Shown here: piece after piece, positions 48,271-60,447 of the stretch
Numbering within the stretch: position 1 is the first letter of the stretch
Layout: each line of letters opens with the position of its first letter
NCBI GenBank assembly: GCA_030390025.1
Contig: CM059432.1
Span: 112,532,001-112,596,000, forward strand
DNA: 64,000 bases
Reading direction: 5' to 3'
Source: Squalus acanthias
Taxonomy: Eukaryota
Notes under the pieces: model-generated
Told to the model about the DNA's origin: nothing
What the model saw: only the letters and a program-made list of their open reading frames with translations
Databases searched by the model: none
Made by a program: the position numbers and the translations under genes

Positions 48271-48604
48271 ATGTGGCCAGTGAATCTCCAATGTAAAGGA
48301 CAGTGCAGTTTGATTTTTAGAAAACACAGGGAACAAGATTAACAAAGTTGAGAGAGTAGATCAGATGAATAGTTCATACATAAATATATCAGCTAGGTAT
48401 CACAATAATATGAAAATGTTGATTGGATAATGTACATAATTGAAATCTGAATAATTGTGTAGTGGGTTTTGTTTCCTATTAGGATAATTGTGAATGACTG
48501 TTATCATGGCCCTTGTGAGGGAAGTTTCAAGTATGATGTTAAGGACTCATTTCCGTTAAAAGGAAATTAAATGATCTGTATGATTCTCTGACAGTGTGCT
48601 CCTA

Positions 48605-48900
48605 CAATGGCTTAGTGAGCTTATCCATGAACGTGACCGGCTGAGGTAGAGAGACCAGGAAAGTTACAGTTTGACCCAGTTTGTGCTGAATGAGCTGATT
48701 TCAGCCAGGGCAGTAGTAAGCGGGTGTTATAATTGGCCGAAGCACTCCTGCGTTAGGGAGGGGAATATTGACCAGGGTCCCCATTGCTGATCGTAATTCA
48801 GTGACCTCTGCTGAAAATACACATTTGTGGACTTTAGTTGAGGATGTCTAGGCACACACAAGAATAATTATCACTTGGGTGAAGTACCAGAAGATGACCA
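48605..48900 (+). mobile_element. Ancient tRNA SINE, UCON3-like
   Basis: tgtgctgaatgagctgatttcagccagggc...aattggcc...tagggagggga...ccagggt...cagtgacctctgctg resembles my recollection of UCON3-type SINEs; needs a database check. Confidence 0.45.
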
Positions 48901-49026
48901 ACATTTAACAAGGAGTCAACTCCTTCACAAGAAGAAGATGGAGAAAATAATAGTGATGAAAGGAGGAAAAACAGATTATTTGAGAGATTAAACATTGCAG
49001 TAATATTGACTGGAATATTTGTAACT

Positions 49027-50612
49027 TCATAAGAACATAAGAACATAAGAAATAGGAGCAGGAGTAGGCCAATCGGCCCCTCGAGCCTGCTCCGCCATTC
49101 AATAAGATCATGGCTGATCTGATCCTAACCGCCAATCTACTATCTATCACAGAACCATCTCCTGCATCTAACAGAATTGCACACACGAAATAGGAGCAGA
49201 ATCAGGCTACACAGTCCCTGGGCCCGCTCCACTACCCACAGGGCCATGACCGATCCGAACCTAGACTCATGTCCAAATTCCTGCCCGCTCCCCGTAACCC
49301 TTAATGCCCTTTACTTCTAGGAAACTGTCTATTTCTGTTTTAAATTTAATTAATGTTGTAGCTTCTACAGCTTTTTGTGGCAGCATATTCCATGGACCTA
49401 CCACCCTCTGAGTGAAGTAGTTCCTCCTCATCTCAGTTTTGAAAGAGCAGCCCCTTATTCTAAGACTATGTCCCCTAGTTCTCGTCTCACCCGTCATCGG
49501 GAACATCCTCCCCGCATCCACCCGATCCAACCCCTTCACAATCTTATATGTTTCAATAAGATCGCCTCTCATTCTTCTGAACTCCAATGAGTAGAGTCCC
49601 AATCTACCCAACCTCTCCTCATATGACCACCCCCTCATCCCCGGGATTAACCGAGTGAACCTTTTTTGCACTGCCTCGAGAGCAAGGATGTCTTTCCTTA
49701 AGTAAGGACACCAAAACTGTATGCAGTATTCCAGGTGCGGTCTCACCAATACCTTGTACAACTGAAGCAATACCTCCCTATTTTTATATTCTATCCCCCT
49801 AGCAATGAAAGCCAACATTCCATTTGCCTTCTTAATCACTTGCTGCACCTGCATACTAACCTTTTGAGTTTCGTGCACCAGGACCCCCAGATCCCTTTGC
49901 ACTTCAGTACTCTCCAGTTTCTTGCCATTAAGATAATAAATTGCTCTAGGATTTTTCCTGCCAAAGTGCATCACCTCACACTTTCCAGTGTTGTATTCCA
50001 TCTGCCAAATCTCTGCCCACTTACTTAGCCTGTCTATGTCCCCTTGCAGGTTTTTTATGTCCTCCTCACTCACTACTTTCCCTCCCATCTTTGTATCATC
50101 TGCAAATTTTGATATGTTACACTTGGTCCCTTCCTCCAAATCGTTAATATAGATTGTGAAGAGTTGGGGACCCAGCACTGACCCCTGTGGAACACCACTA
50201 GTTACTGATTGCCAGTCTGAGAATGAACCATTTATCCCAACTCTTTGCTTTCTGTTAGATAGCCAATCCTCTATCCATGCCAGAATATTACCCCCAATCC
50301 CGTGATTTTTTACCTTAAGCAATAATCTTTTGTGTGGCACCTTGTCAAATGCCTTTTGGAAGTCTAAATACACTACGTCCACTGGTTCCCCTTTATCCAC
50401 TCTATATGTTACTTCCTCAAAGAACTCCAGCAAATTTGTCAAACATGACTTCCCCTTCGTAAAACCATGCTGACTTTGTCCTATTAAATTATGATTATCC
50501 AAATGTCCTGTTACTGTTTCCTTAATAATGGACTCCAAAATTTTACCTACCACAGATGTTAGGCTAACCGGTCTATAGTTACCAGCCTTCTGTCTACTGC
50601 CCTTTTTAAATA
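49027..50612 (-). mobile_element. Young CR1 LINE, 5'-truncated
   Basis: Uninterrupted RT frame, extended 3' UTR, (ttcttatg)n tail. Confidence 0.96.
49267..50553 (-). CDS. CR1 ORF2 reverse transcriptase C-terminal part (open frame, truncated copy without native start)
   Basis: 428 aa without stop: [48 protein letters not shown]. Confidence 0.75.
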   Translation of the reverse strand: MVGKILESIIKETVTGHLDNHNLIGQSQHGFTKGKSCLTNLLEFFEEVTYRVDKGEPVDVVYLDFQKAFDKVPHKRLLLKVKNHGIGGNILAWIEDWLSNRKQRVGINGSFSDWQSVTSGVPQGSVLGPQLFTIYINDLEEGTKCNISKFADDTKMGGKVVSEEDIKNLQGDIDRLSKWAEIWQMEYNTGKCEVMHFGRKNPRAIYYLNGKKLESTEVQRDLGVLVHETQKVSMQVQQVIKKANGMLAFIARGIEYKNREVLLQLYKVLVRPHLEYCIQFWCPYLRKDILALEAVQKRFTRLIPGMRGWSYEERLGRLGLYSLEFRRMRGDLIETYKIVKGLDRVDAGRMFPMTGETRTRGHSLRIRGCSFKTEMRRNYFTQRVVGPWNMLPQKAVEATTLIKFKTEIDSFLEVKGIKGYGERAGIWT

Positions 50613-50629
50613 AATCATATTCAGATACA

Positions 50630-51030
50630 CCATAGAAAAGAATTATAGAATCACCCCACTGTACCTATACTAGCTCTCTGAAAGAACAATCCATTTAGTC
50701 CCATTCCCCGGCTCTTTTCTCATACACTTTGAATTTTTTCTTCTTCAAATAATTATTCACTTTCCTTCAGGCTCGAAGGGCCGAATGGCCTACTCCTGCT
50801 CCTATTTCTTATGTTCTGTTATTATGTTCTAAAATCTATTTTAGATTCTGCTTCCACTAATGTTTCTGTATGTCCTTAGAGCCCTCTATGTAGAAAATAT
50901 TTCTCTTAACATCTCCCTTTGTTCTTTTGGTGACGATCTGAAATTCATGCTCTCTAGCTCTTGACTCACTGAACTGTAGAAAATGTTTTTCCAAAGGAAC
51001 TTATGAAAACCCATAAAATATTTTATCTCT
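50630..51030 (-). mobile_element. Old CR1 3' fragment with a short opposite-strand CR1 tail at about 50768-50830
   Basis: caggctcgaagggccgaatggcctactcctgctcctatttcttatgttc inside a decayed CR1 3' end. Confidence 0.65.
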
Positions 51031-51031
51031 A

Positions 51032-51567
51032 TTGGATTTTCATTTTAGCTCCCAGTGATAGTGAAGAGAGCCACAATTTCTGCAGTGACTCCTCCAGTCC
51101 CTGGTCCCAAACTTCAATCTCCCTCCCCCCAACTCCTGAGTGCTGGGATCCCCCAAGTCCCGCGATCCCCCCCGAGTCCTGTGATCACCCAGAGACCCAT
51201 GATCCCTGAGACCCGCGAGACCTGCGATCTCCCAAGACCCGCGATCCCTTAGTCTTGTGATCCCCCAGATCCTGGGATCCCCCGAGCCCCGCGATTCCCC
51301 TGAGACCTGCGATCGTGCCCCCTTGAATACCGCGATCGCCCATCTAAAACCCGTGATCCACCCCCCCTTGCCCATCAATCATTTAGCTGTAGGCTCGCGA
51401 TCCCCCCTCCCCAGACCTTTGTGATAGCTGTGCCCCGAACCTCCTGCACTTACCTGCTAGGAGCTCCTTCCGCAGCACCGTTGGTATGGCAATGAGGGTC
51501 GAGGCCGAATATCCGGGGCTCCACGTACCTCACCATTTGTGCGCAGGGTGAACTCGAATTTTTAGCC
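51032..51567. mobile_element. Harbinger-type MITE with internal minisatellite (about 51140-51410, unit near gagacccgcgatccccc)
   Basis: Right end aatttttagcc matches the right TIR at 16868-16878; left end ggattttc decayed; about a dozen degenerate gatc-containing units. Confidence 0.55.
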
Positions 51568-53974
51568 GCTGGGGTCTTATGTGCTTCTTTCTCCCCACTT
51601 TATCAAATTGCCCACCCACATTTTAAAAATTTGTGTCTCTGAACTTTTAAGTCTCTCTCCTTTTCTATTCCTATTATAGTTTTACTATTTAGTCATTTAG
51701 AGTATATTTCCACTGTGCCACTTTTTGTTGCAATACACTATAACACGTATATGTACATTAGACAATCTGACCGCTAAACAGATGTGCAGAGAGTGGGCTG
51801 AATAACCTTTGGACTCGAGATTGAACAGGCCTAAAACAATTCAAATATGGGAACCACAACTTGATGATCTTACTGCATACTGTATATTGTACTCCTGCTC
51901 CTATCTTCTATGTTTCTATGACAATATGCTGAGAGTTTTAACCATTGCAGCAAGATGCATATTTGCAGTGTTTGCACTGTTGAAGTTTGGGTTAATAATT
52001 TGTTGTGCAAAAGAAAGTTGGTCTTGAGATGACAATCTGTTTGCATTGATACAGCACAATAGGTCAAGCTATCAAAAGAGGATATGATTGTTGGAAGATA
52101 TGAATTTATTGAAAATAATTATAGTTATTGGTTAATGCTTAATATTTGTCCGGCTTTTTTCTCAGTGATCATTGTACTCTGAAATCATTACTGAATTAAG
52201 AGGTAGATGAACCTATTAATTGTAAAGAACAAGAACACAGAACAGCTCAACAGACAGAAGCACGAACCTGCAGAGTTCCTCTCATTACAAGCAATTCCTT
52301 GTTTCATTAAAAGTACATCAACATGGGTGTTCTGGGAAGGAGGTGACTGATGAAACAAGTTAAACAGACAAAACCAAGCGTATAGATGCAGATTAAGCTT
52401 CAGAAGATGAGGGCGTAAAAGGGATTTAATGGTAGGATGGATTATAGAAATCCTTGTAACAATGTTAAATAATTATAGTTCCAGCAGAGATCAAAGCAAC
52501 ATTGATTGAACCCCCAAGCCTATAACATACAGTATCTTGGAAACCAAAGATTGGTCAACTTGTACTGAATCCTCCCCAGTTATATACACTAAATAGGATT
52601 GAAAATTTTAGTTCTGTGATGTGATATTCCACAAATCTAAGTTTCATGCATTTTGTTACTTGAAAAATAACTCATTCCAGCCAAGTCTCTTGAATTTTTT
52701 TTTGTCTTTGCTTATAGCTGCTGTTTTTTTTTCAAGCCCTTTCAGTTCAAGGTCATTCACAAAAGCCTGAATATCTCAAGCAACAGAATAAGATTGTTCC
52801 AAACTCCCTCATAACTCAATCTCTATTTTGATAACACTACAGATGTTTGTGCTGGAAAGGACAATTCACAGTGAAACGGTGGCAAAATCTGTTTTTTTTT
52901 TGGTTTTAATTTTTTTTTGGAGGGACATCATTTACCATTATCCACATTTCAAAGGACTGAATTCCCAGCTTAAGCATAGGGGAAAAAACACATGTGCTTT
53001 TATGATTCTGTGAGTTTGTCTTATTCAATTATGCAATTTTCATTGGCATATTAATCATCTTTTCAACAAACAAGCAGGCTTTAATTAACCAAACCTTGGA
53101 TAAAGACATGTTGCTGGATCATCATTTGGTTTATCACAAGGCGCAGCCAGTCGTTAAGTAAATTCTGGATTGTGAGATGAATTTAAATGTTTTTTTCCTT
53201 TTTTGTTACGGTTTGAATAAAACTCATCTTAAACTCCCTGATTCCGAATGGAGGGATGAATTCATTTATAATTTGATGGAGCTGCTTCATTCCTATTGAT
53301 GGGATTGGGCTATCATGCAGCAAACCATTTTATTTTATTTTTGCAGAGGTTACACTGGAGATCTGTATGTGGGCTAAGACACACAATTTTTTTTAACTCA
53401 TTAAGTTTTAAATTTATTTCAGATTAAACATAGAGTAGGGCTGTGGGAAAATTGCATTTCATGATTGCAAATACAACAAAAATCTCTAAACAGTTTAAAC
53501 TTTTGTGAGGAAAACCAGAAATCATGGTTGTGAATCGAAGTAGATGGCTGGATAAAAACATGTATCATGTACCCTGTCTTTCCTACGTAAATATGTTTGC
53601 TTCAACAAAAACTGTTGATTACCTGCTGGAATTTTACTTTTCAAATTTACCTCTTGCGTAATTTTACAATGTAAAGCAATCTCGTTCAAATATAAATCGG
53701 GTTATTTTTAGCATGCAGTAGTTTTTGATGCTGATTTCTCTTAATTCATTTTATTTTTGACCTGTTGTTGAACAACTTCAAATTGAAATGCGGGAGCACA
53801 TAGCCCTAGTTGTTCCAGAGGTAACTGTGAGATTCCATAACTGTGTTCTTATTTTAGTTTCTCTGATACCGATCAGTGCTGCCTGGTGAAAGCACAACGA
53901 ACAGCTTCAATTGCATGACAGTGGAACTTTGAAGTAGACAGGCATAAAATGCACAATTTGGCCATTTAAAAATG

Positions 53975-54004
53975 TATACATATATATATATATATATATA
54001 TATA
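53975..54004. repeat. (TA)n microsatellite
   Basis: Direct inspection. Confidence 0.95.
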
Positions 54005-56054
54005 GATTAGACAATATACATTTGGATACTGTGGTCAAACAATTAATAGCCTGTGAGTAATTAAGTAAGCTGCAGCTGTACTACTGTTCCAATGAAACAC
54101 AGGCTATTATGTATTAAAAAAAAATCACTGTTCAAAAAGTTTGAAGATTTCTGAGAATTTTAATCTAATACTAAAATTAAGATTAGTAAGAATGATCAGA
54201 AGTTTATTTCAAAAAAAGTTTATATTCCATAAATTCAACTCTACAATTTAGTCAGTGTGTGTGTGTTTTTATATCTTTTTATATGTATATGTTATCATTA
54301 TTAAAAATATTTTAGAAGCCAAAGTATTTTTAAAAATTATATATTACTAAAAAAAGATTAATTGTGCTCATGTTTAGTAATGTCTGTCTCCCAGGTGCAC
54401 CTACTGTATAAGTATCTCCTGCGTCTATAATGAAATATGTAAAGATTTTGGAGAATCACTTAACATAATTGGATTAATTGTGCTAAAAATGTGGGCTTTT
54501 ATTAGCAAGCAGATGGTAAAGAGCACCTAACAGTTTAATACTGTTTGAATGTTGTCAGCTAACAACATTTTGCAGACGTAGTTTTTACTTCAGTGATGGG
54601 AGTGAAGGTAAATCGCAGGCACAGACTGCATTGTGAGAGCGGAGCTGCCCGCCTCCGCAGCCAAAGACCAGATGCACCTCCATATCCTAATCTGTAAACG
54701 ACTTAGAGAACCGTTATCTCAGGGCTCTTCTGCTTCATTTCATGCTTGATTTGCTTTAATTTGTCTGATAGGGCACAAGGATTTTGAAATGGCCCATCTT
54801 TCTGCTGAAAATGTTCTGATTTTTCTCCGTTATTGTTATGTGGGGGTTTTGACTTTTTTTGTGTAGGGAAAAAAATCTTGCTCCAGTGTAACGGTTTGTT
54901 TGTGCGAATTTGACATCTAAAGCATGTTCTGATGGTGAAGTCATGCTAAATACTGCTGGCTGTCCTCAATAAGTTGCCCCAACTTTTTTTGTTAAAAGAA
55001 AATGTCCACTTATTAACTTTATTTATGTCTGGCAGACATATCAATAAAAAAAATGTGGTGAGATTTCTTACTGTTTGGGTATTAGTGATCACTTCAAAGG
55101 AATTATCACTGTTATGTCCAGTAGTATTTAGAATAATAGATAGGTAGGAGGGAGTTACAAAGTAGTAGCATAGTCAATGGGATTGGGAAGACATCATAAA
55201 CCACGAGAGAGCATCTTGAGCAGCTTATGCACAATATATAACACCTGAAATTGTGTTCATTCACTTCTGCCAACAATATATGTTTACTGATTTGGAAATG
55301 TATTTTCCCACTACTCTTTTTGTTCTCCCCCTGTGACACTATTCCCTAGTCAAGAGGGCAGACGGATAATTTCTGCAAAGGCTGCTCGAGCAGGCCACTG
55401 GAAGGGACACAACAGAGTCCTCCAGTATTCGTTCTCAATGTGAGCAAGCAGCCACGCTGATGGCACAATCAAGACTGCTGTGGATACAATCCTAGATGTG
55501 AATTTGACTCAGATACGGTGTGTTATTATGCCAGCTCATTACCTCAACACACCATCTTTGGTTTTTTTATTTTGGTAAACTATACAATATTTATTTTTAT
55601 TAGTGAATATTTTAATATCTTAGTGACTTGTCAGCACTGACTGAAGTCTGCCTGTTGTAATGTTGAAGAGTATACTGTAAGCATATAGTGATGAGAAAAA
55701 AGCATAATATCAATCGTGTTACAGGCACATGGGAATTGGAATTAGTTTTAGCAATGATATACTGTGCTCTTCCCTGTCTTATGTTATAACACAATAACAT
55801 GTGTTTCCTGTTACAGAGATTAAAAACTACAACACTAAAAATGGATTTGTTTATATTACTGAACTTCCTCTGAAAAAGGTCATTAATGATTTGTTCAGGA
55901 GTGAAACTGAGAGAAAGAGAGGGAATTGTGATGAAGCTCTTGACATATGTTAGTTCCTATAAGGTCTAAGAAACTTATGATTTTGAAGCACTTTGATGTC
56001 TACAATTTAAATATTTGCTATTTTTAACCCATTAATATTCAGGTAAATTTGGCG

Positions 56055-56305
56055 AGGCTCTGCTCCCAGCACAAAGCCTCGACCGAGGAGTGTGGATCAA
56101 AGAATTGGGCGTGGAGGTCAGCGAGGCCAGTTTGTGGTATTAATTTTCCAATGATTAATTTTAATGAACTCATATTAATTATTCACTGATTAATTTTAAT
56201 GACTAGAAAACCTTGAGTGTCACAAATTATCTGCGCTGACCTCCACGCTCGATTCTCCAATCTGTGCTTTCTGTCGCGTGAGGCTCCGCGTTGGAAGCAA
56301 GGCCT
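56055..56305. repeat. Long imperfect inverted repeat (old palindrome) with AT-rich centre
   Basis: gaattgggcgtggaggtcagcg / cgctgacctccacgctcgattc and aggctctgctcccagcacaaagcctc / gaggctccgcgttggaagcaaggcct. Confidence 0.85.
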
Positions 56306-56658
56306 GAAAAAGTTGAGGTAATTGTGCTGATGAGCTTGACCTAAGACATCAGGTAAGGTTTCTGTTTCAAAAGGATTAGAGAGGACTGGGCCTGTTAAGC
56401 CTTTAATTAGACTAAAACTTGGAGTGTACATAGCAGATTTCACTATAAAGTTTAGACAGTTATGTTACATGGAAATTCTGAGGTATATATTATTGTACTT
56501 TTATGGCAGAAATGCTAATATAAATAATATAATTAGACCACAAGGCCAAGAATATATTGCACATTTCGATACAGCAAGTGATTTGTATATTTTGTTTCTG
56601 AGGTAAATTATTTTAATAAAACAATAAGGTATATATCTATAATATTATTCAAAACCTT

Positions 56659-56785
56659 GGGGTAGAACTTCCATGGGGGTTCTGTCGTAACTTTGGCGAA
56701 AGAGCGGCAGAGAATGGAGTTTCTCTGGGATTTCTACTGAAGTTACATCAGAATATCAGGGGAACCCCTGGGGAAATTCAACCCC
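56659..56785. mobile_element. 127-bp Harbinger-type mini-MITE
   Basis: ggggtagaacttccatgggggttc / gaacccctggggaaattcaacccc; near-TSD ctt/ttt. Confidence 0.65.
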
Positions 56786-57597
56786 TTTATGTTTGTGTGT
56801 ACTTCCTGTTGTCACACCTTCGTGTCAAGGTTTTCCATTATAAATCCCTATGTCCACATTTGCAATCAATTGAATATGATATGTAGGTACAATTAGTGGT
56901 GATTCTCTTCAATTATTAAACTTGCTGGTGTTTTTCTGCAGTAAATTTAGACTCGGAGATTGACTTGGCCATTGCTATATTCAATATCACTGAAAAGTGA
57001 AAGCAAGTTATTTGGAGCTAATAGAGCTTCCATAAACCAACTTAGATTCAACTAACTGATGGGAATATGGTAATAATCATCAGTGTTAAGTAAGTATGCC
57101 ACATATCAAAATTGCAAATTTCAGTAGTGTCTCACAACAGGGGTGGGTCATCCAGCCACTTGTTAATAGAATAAACTCTTCATGCAAAGGGATGATTGGG
57201 AGAATAATATAGGTGCATGAATTCTTCTGGTCACTACATGTATTAATAATGTAAATGCATTAGTGAAGATTTCCTCTGTTTGATATTTATATTGAAATTG
57301 TAAATGTTCTTTATTAAATGTGTCTACAATTGCACCAGACGTACTGAAGAGGAAACCTTTACAGCTCATTTGTAATGTCTCTACTACATGTTGACCAGTT
57401 GAATTCTAAATACATAGTTGTTATTTTCCTTGGTAGAATGTCCGATATCATCCACAAAGTAAAATCAAATATAAAACCAGCTGTAGTGTACAATAAACTA
57501 AGGTTCTTTGATTTATTTTTACTTTTCTTTTGTTAATGCTTTGTGCCCATCAAGTTGACAGATATTAATACTGCACAATGCAACACTTTACATTTCA

Positions 57598-57690
57598 GAT
57601 ACCTGGGTTAGGAACAGCATTATTAGACACAATGTAAAGCTCCCTTTACTCTGTTGTGACATTATGCCCAGCTCCAACCTCAGAAGATTT
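57598..57690 (-). mobile_element. 3' fragment of the LF-SINE-like element
   Basis: Reverse complement aligns with 10726-10809 (ctgaggttg...cagagta.agg.ag.tttac...acccag). Confidence 0.5.
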
Positions 57691-60000
57691 AAAATCACTT
57701 CTGCCTGGAATGATTGAGCCTTATTTGTTTGTAAAATGCAGTGTGACTGTATGGTGTTTTTAATTTTACATCCTAATTATTACATTAGTATTTAAGCCCT
57801 CTAATTAATACATTGTACTGCACAGGAACCATCAACAGCCGTAATTGTGACGAATGCTCCGACTAATCAGTAACATGTGTCTTTCTACACTATTTGTCTT
57901 CACTTGACAGTGATATAAATAGATGAACGAAAGCTCTCTGAGGTTAACCATTCCACGAGAATACATGTTTGGATTAAACTACTTCCAGGGTGAACATAGC
58001 ATACATTTTGGGTTATATTGCTATTTTAATATTTTGTACGGTTGGATAACGTTTATTCATGGTGAAATTCAAATCTAAACGTATGTATCTGTGTAACACC
58101 TGCTTTCAGCAGGACTTCATACCTCATTATAAGTACCTCCTAAGGACTTCCCAACCATACCTGCTAAGCTGTCCAAATATTTGCCTGAGAGATAACCTTC
58201 ATATACCGCTACAAGTTCTACACCAATTCCAGTTACATAAAGAGCATAAAATAGCTCTCTGATTTTACATGCTGGCTGCCTATATATATAATGAATTTAT
58301 GTAAGCCTGATAAAATTAGATACTTCTGGTCAGTTCATAGATACAGAGGAGTTTACTACATACCAGCATAGCTCATTAGCAAAATGCCTGTGATATTTTG
58401 AGTGTTGCTGGTTAACTTTCTAGTTACTGTACAGTACTAACAAACTTTAGGTAGGAAATTTCACAGAACAGTATACCAGTAATTAATTTAGCAAGTTGGA
58501 AAACACAAGGCCCTTAATCTGCGTGGTGATATATTTACAGCAGCGTCCGTGCTGAGTTTGGGCTTATGCTGTAAGTGGCTAATTTAGATGCTGTTGTATT
58601 GTATCCCCTCACATGCTATAGTGTAGTTGATGTGGTATGGATCACTTGCAGTGATTTATGTTAATTATGTTATGCTGCTTTTGAGAGAGAGAATGTGTAG
58701 CTCGGGAAGGCGTTATGGAGTGGGTGAATGACCCCGAAATGTTGGATGCTTGGGAAAAATGACCTTAACCATGACACATCCAGACACTGGCAAATCTTTG
58801 CAGTTGATAAGGAGAAGAAAACAAGTTCCAGCTGAATCCCTTCTGATCTGAATGACATTCTGATGCAATTTTGTTGATTTTATTAACTTACATTTTATTA
58901 ATGATATGCTGCCATTGAATAACTATTCTTCAAGGACACTGTTTAGTGGCACACAGTTCAAACAGCATATTACAACATAGCAATGGACTGTCTGTACAGC
59001 TATGTTTGCATGTTTGGGGCATTAGTCGTGCAGTAATGATCTTGCAATAATCAGACTGGCTGGCCGAGGCACACGTGACCATTAGTGGCTTGGGGAATAT
59101 CTGCAGTGTTTGTGAATTTTGGATTTTGTAGCGTTGTTTTAACAAGACTTGGAACTGCGGTTAGATCCCTGTTCCATTGATGATGAGAAGACTGTTGGCA
59201 TTTAGATTGTGAGGTGCCTATGCTGATCACATTCCTGCCAGTGACAGCATTATCCACGCAAGGCAAATAAAGTGACATCTCAGTACTACTGCTAACCTTC
59301 CACTTGAAAATTGGCATGGCACTTTCCTCAAGTCTAGGTTGTAGCTTTCTACCCCTACCACTTGGAACACCTACTGCTTCCATTACAGATGTAAAATCAA
59401 GTTTACTGTAACAGTGAAACCACTCCTGGTTACTTTTGATAGGGAATCTGCCCAATCTTTGCCAAAATTACATTCCATACATTTTAAATTCTGAACATCA
59501 TAAAACAGTATCTGAGAAATAGAGGAGGTCCTCTAGAGGGGAACTCTAGCTCAGGCTCGAACTCAGACTGATGGGTATCTCCTCCACCAGCTTGGGCCAG
59601 TTGGTGGGGGGAGGAGAGGGAGGGGCACAGCAATTGGTAACTCTGGGCAACCGAGGGATTTCTTTCAGCCTGTATAGTATCCATGTGGTGGCACAGAAGA
59701 TATGATTATGGAACTGTTTTATTGATATACCTTACCACTGGACACCAGATTAAGTCACTTATAGATTCAAAATTTACCTGTGAAATGTGCATGAACACAC
59801 AAGTGCAGTCAAAGAAACACATATCATTGATCCATGTTGTAATTTGCTGTAACCAATTTCTTTATATGAATGAGAAGAAAACCATATTAATAGAAATATG
59901 AGAGATCAAAGAATATTTTGTATTTCTTATTATTTTTAAGTAAATTTATAAAAAAAAGAGCTGGCCACTTGCCCTTGTACGTTTGTGATGGTTATGGAGT

Positions 60001-60447
60001 AGGAGCATTATGTAGCATAGTGGTTATGTTAATGGACTAGTAAACCAGATGTCTGGACTAATGATCTGGTAGGAACATGAGTTCAAATCCAACCATGGCA
60101 GCTGGGGAATTTAAATTCAGTTAATTAAATTTAAAAAAATCTGGAATAGAAAGTTAGTATCAGTAATGGTGACCATAAAACTACCAGATTGTCGTAAAAA
60201 CCCATCTGGTTCACTAATGTCCTTTAGGGAAGAAAATCCTCCGCCCTTACCCGGTCTGGCTTACGTGACTCCAGACCCACAGCAGTGCAGTTGACTCTTA
60301 ACTGTCATCTGAAATGGCCTAGCAAGCCACTCAGTTGTATAAGGTGGCGGCTCACCACCACCTTCTCAAGGGCAATTAGGGATTGGCAATAAATGCTAGC
60401 CTTGCCAGCGACACCCACATCCCATGAACGAATACATTTAAAAAAAT
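60001..60447 (+). mobile_element. tRNA-derived SINE (Meta/MESC-domain-like) with Zenon-like LINE tail
   Basis: A box tagcatagtgg, B box gttcaaatcc, body ctggttcactaatgtcctttagggaag...; the last 100 bp match the LINE 3' ends at 34460-34558 and 11337-11430. Domain name from memory. Confidence 0.8.

Noticed and set aside
53347..53364. Possible 18-nt microexon after ttttatttttgcag
   Set aside because: Weak donor context and no independent support.
59051..59455. 134-aa ORF in unique DNA
   Set aside because: Non-ATG start, no recognisable domain, no supporting splice structure.
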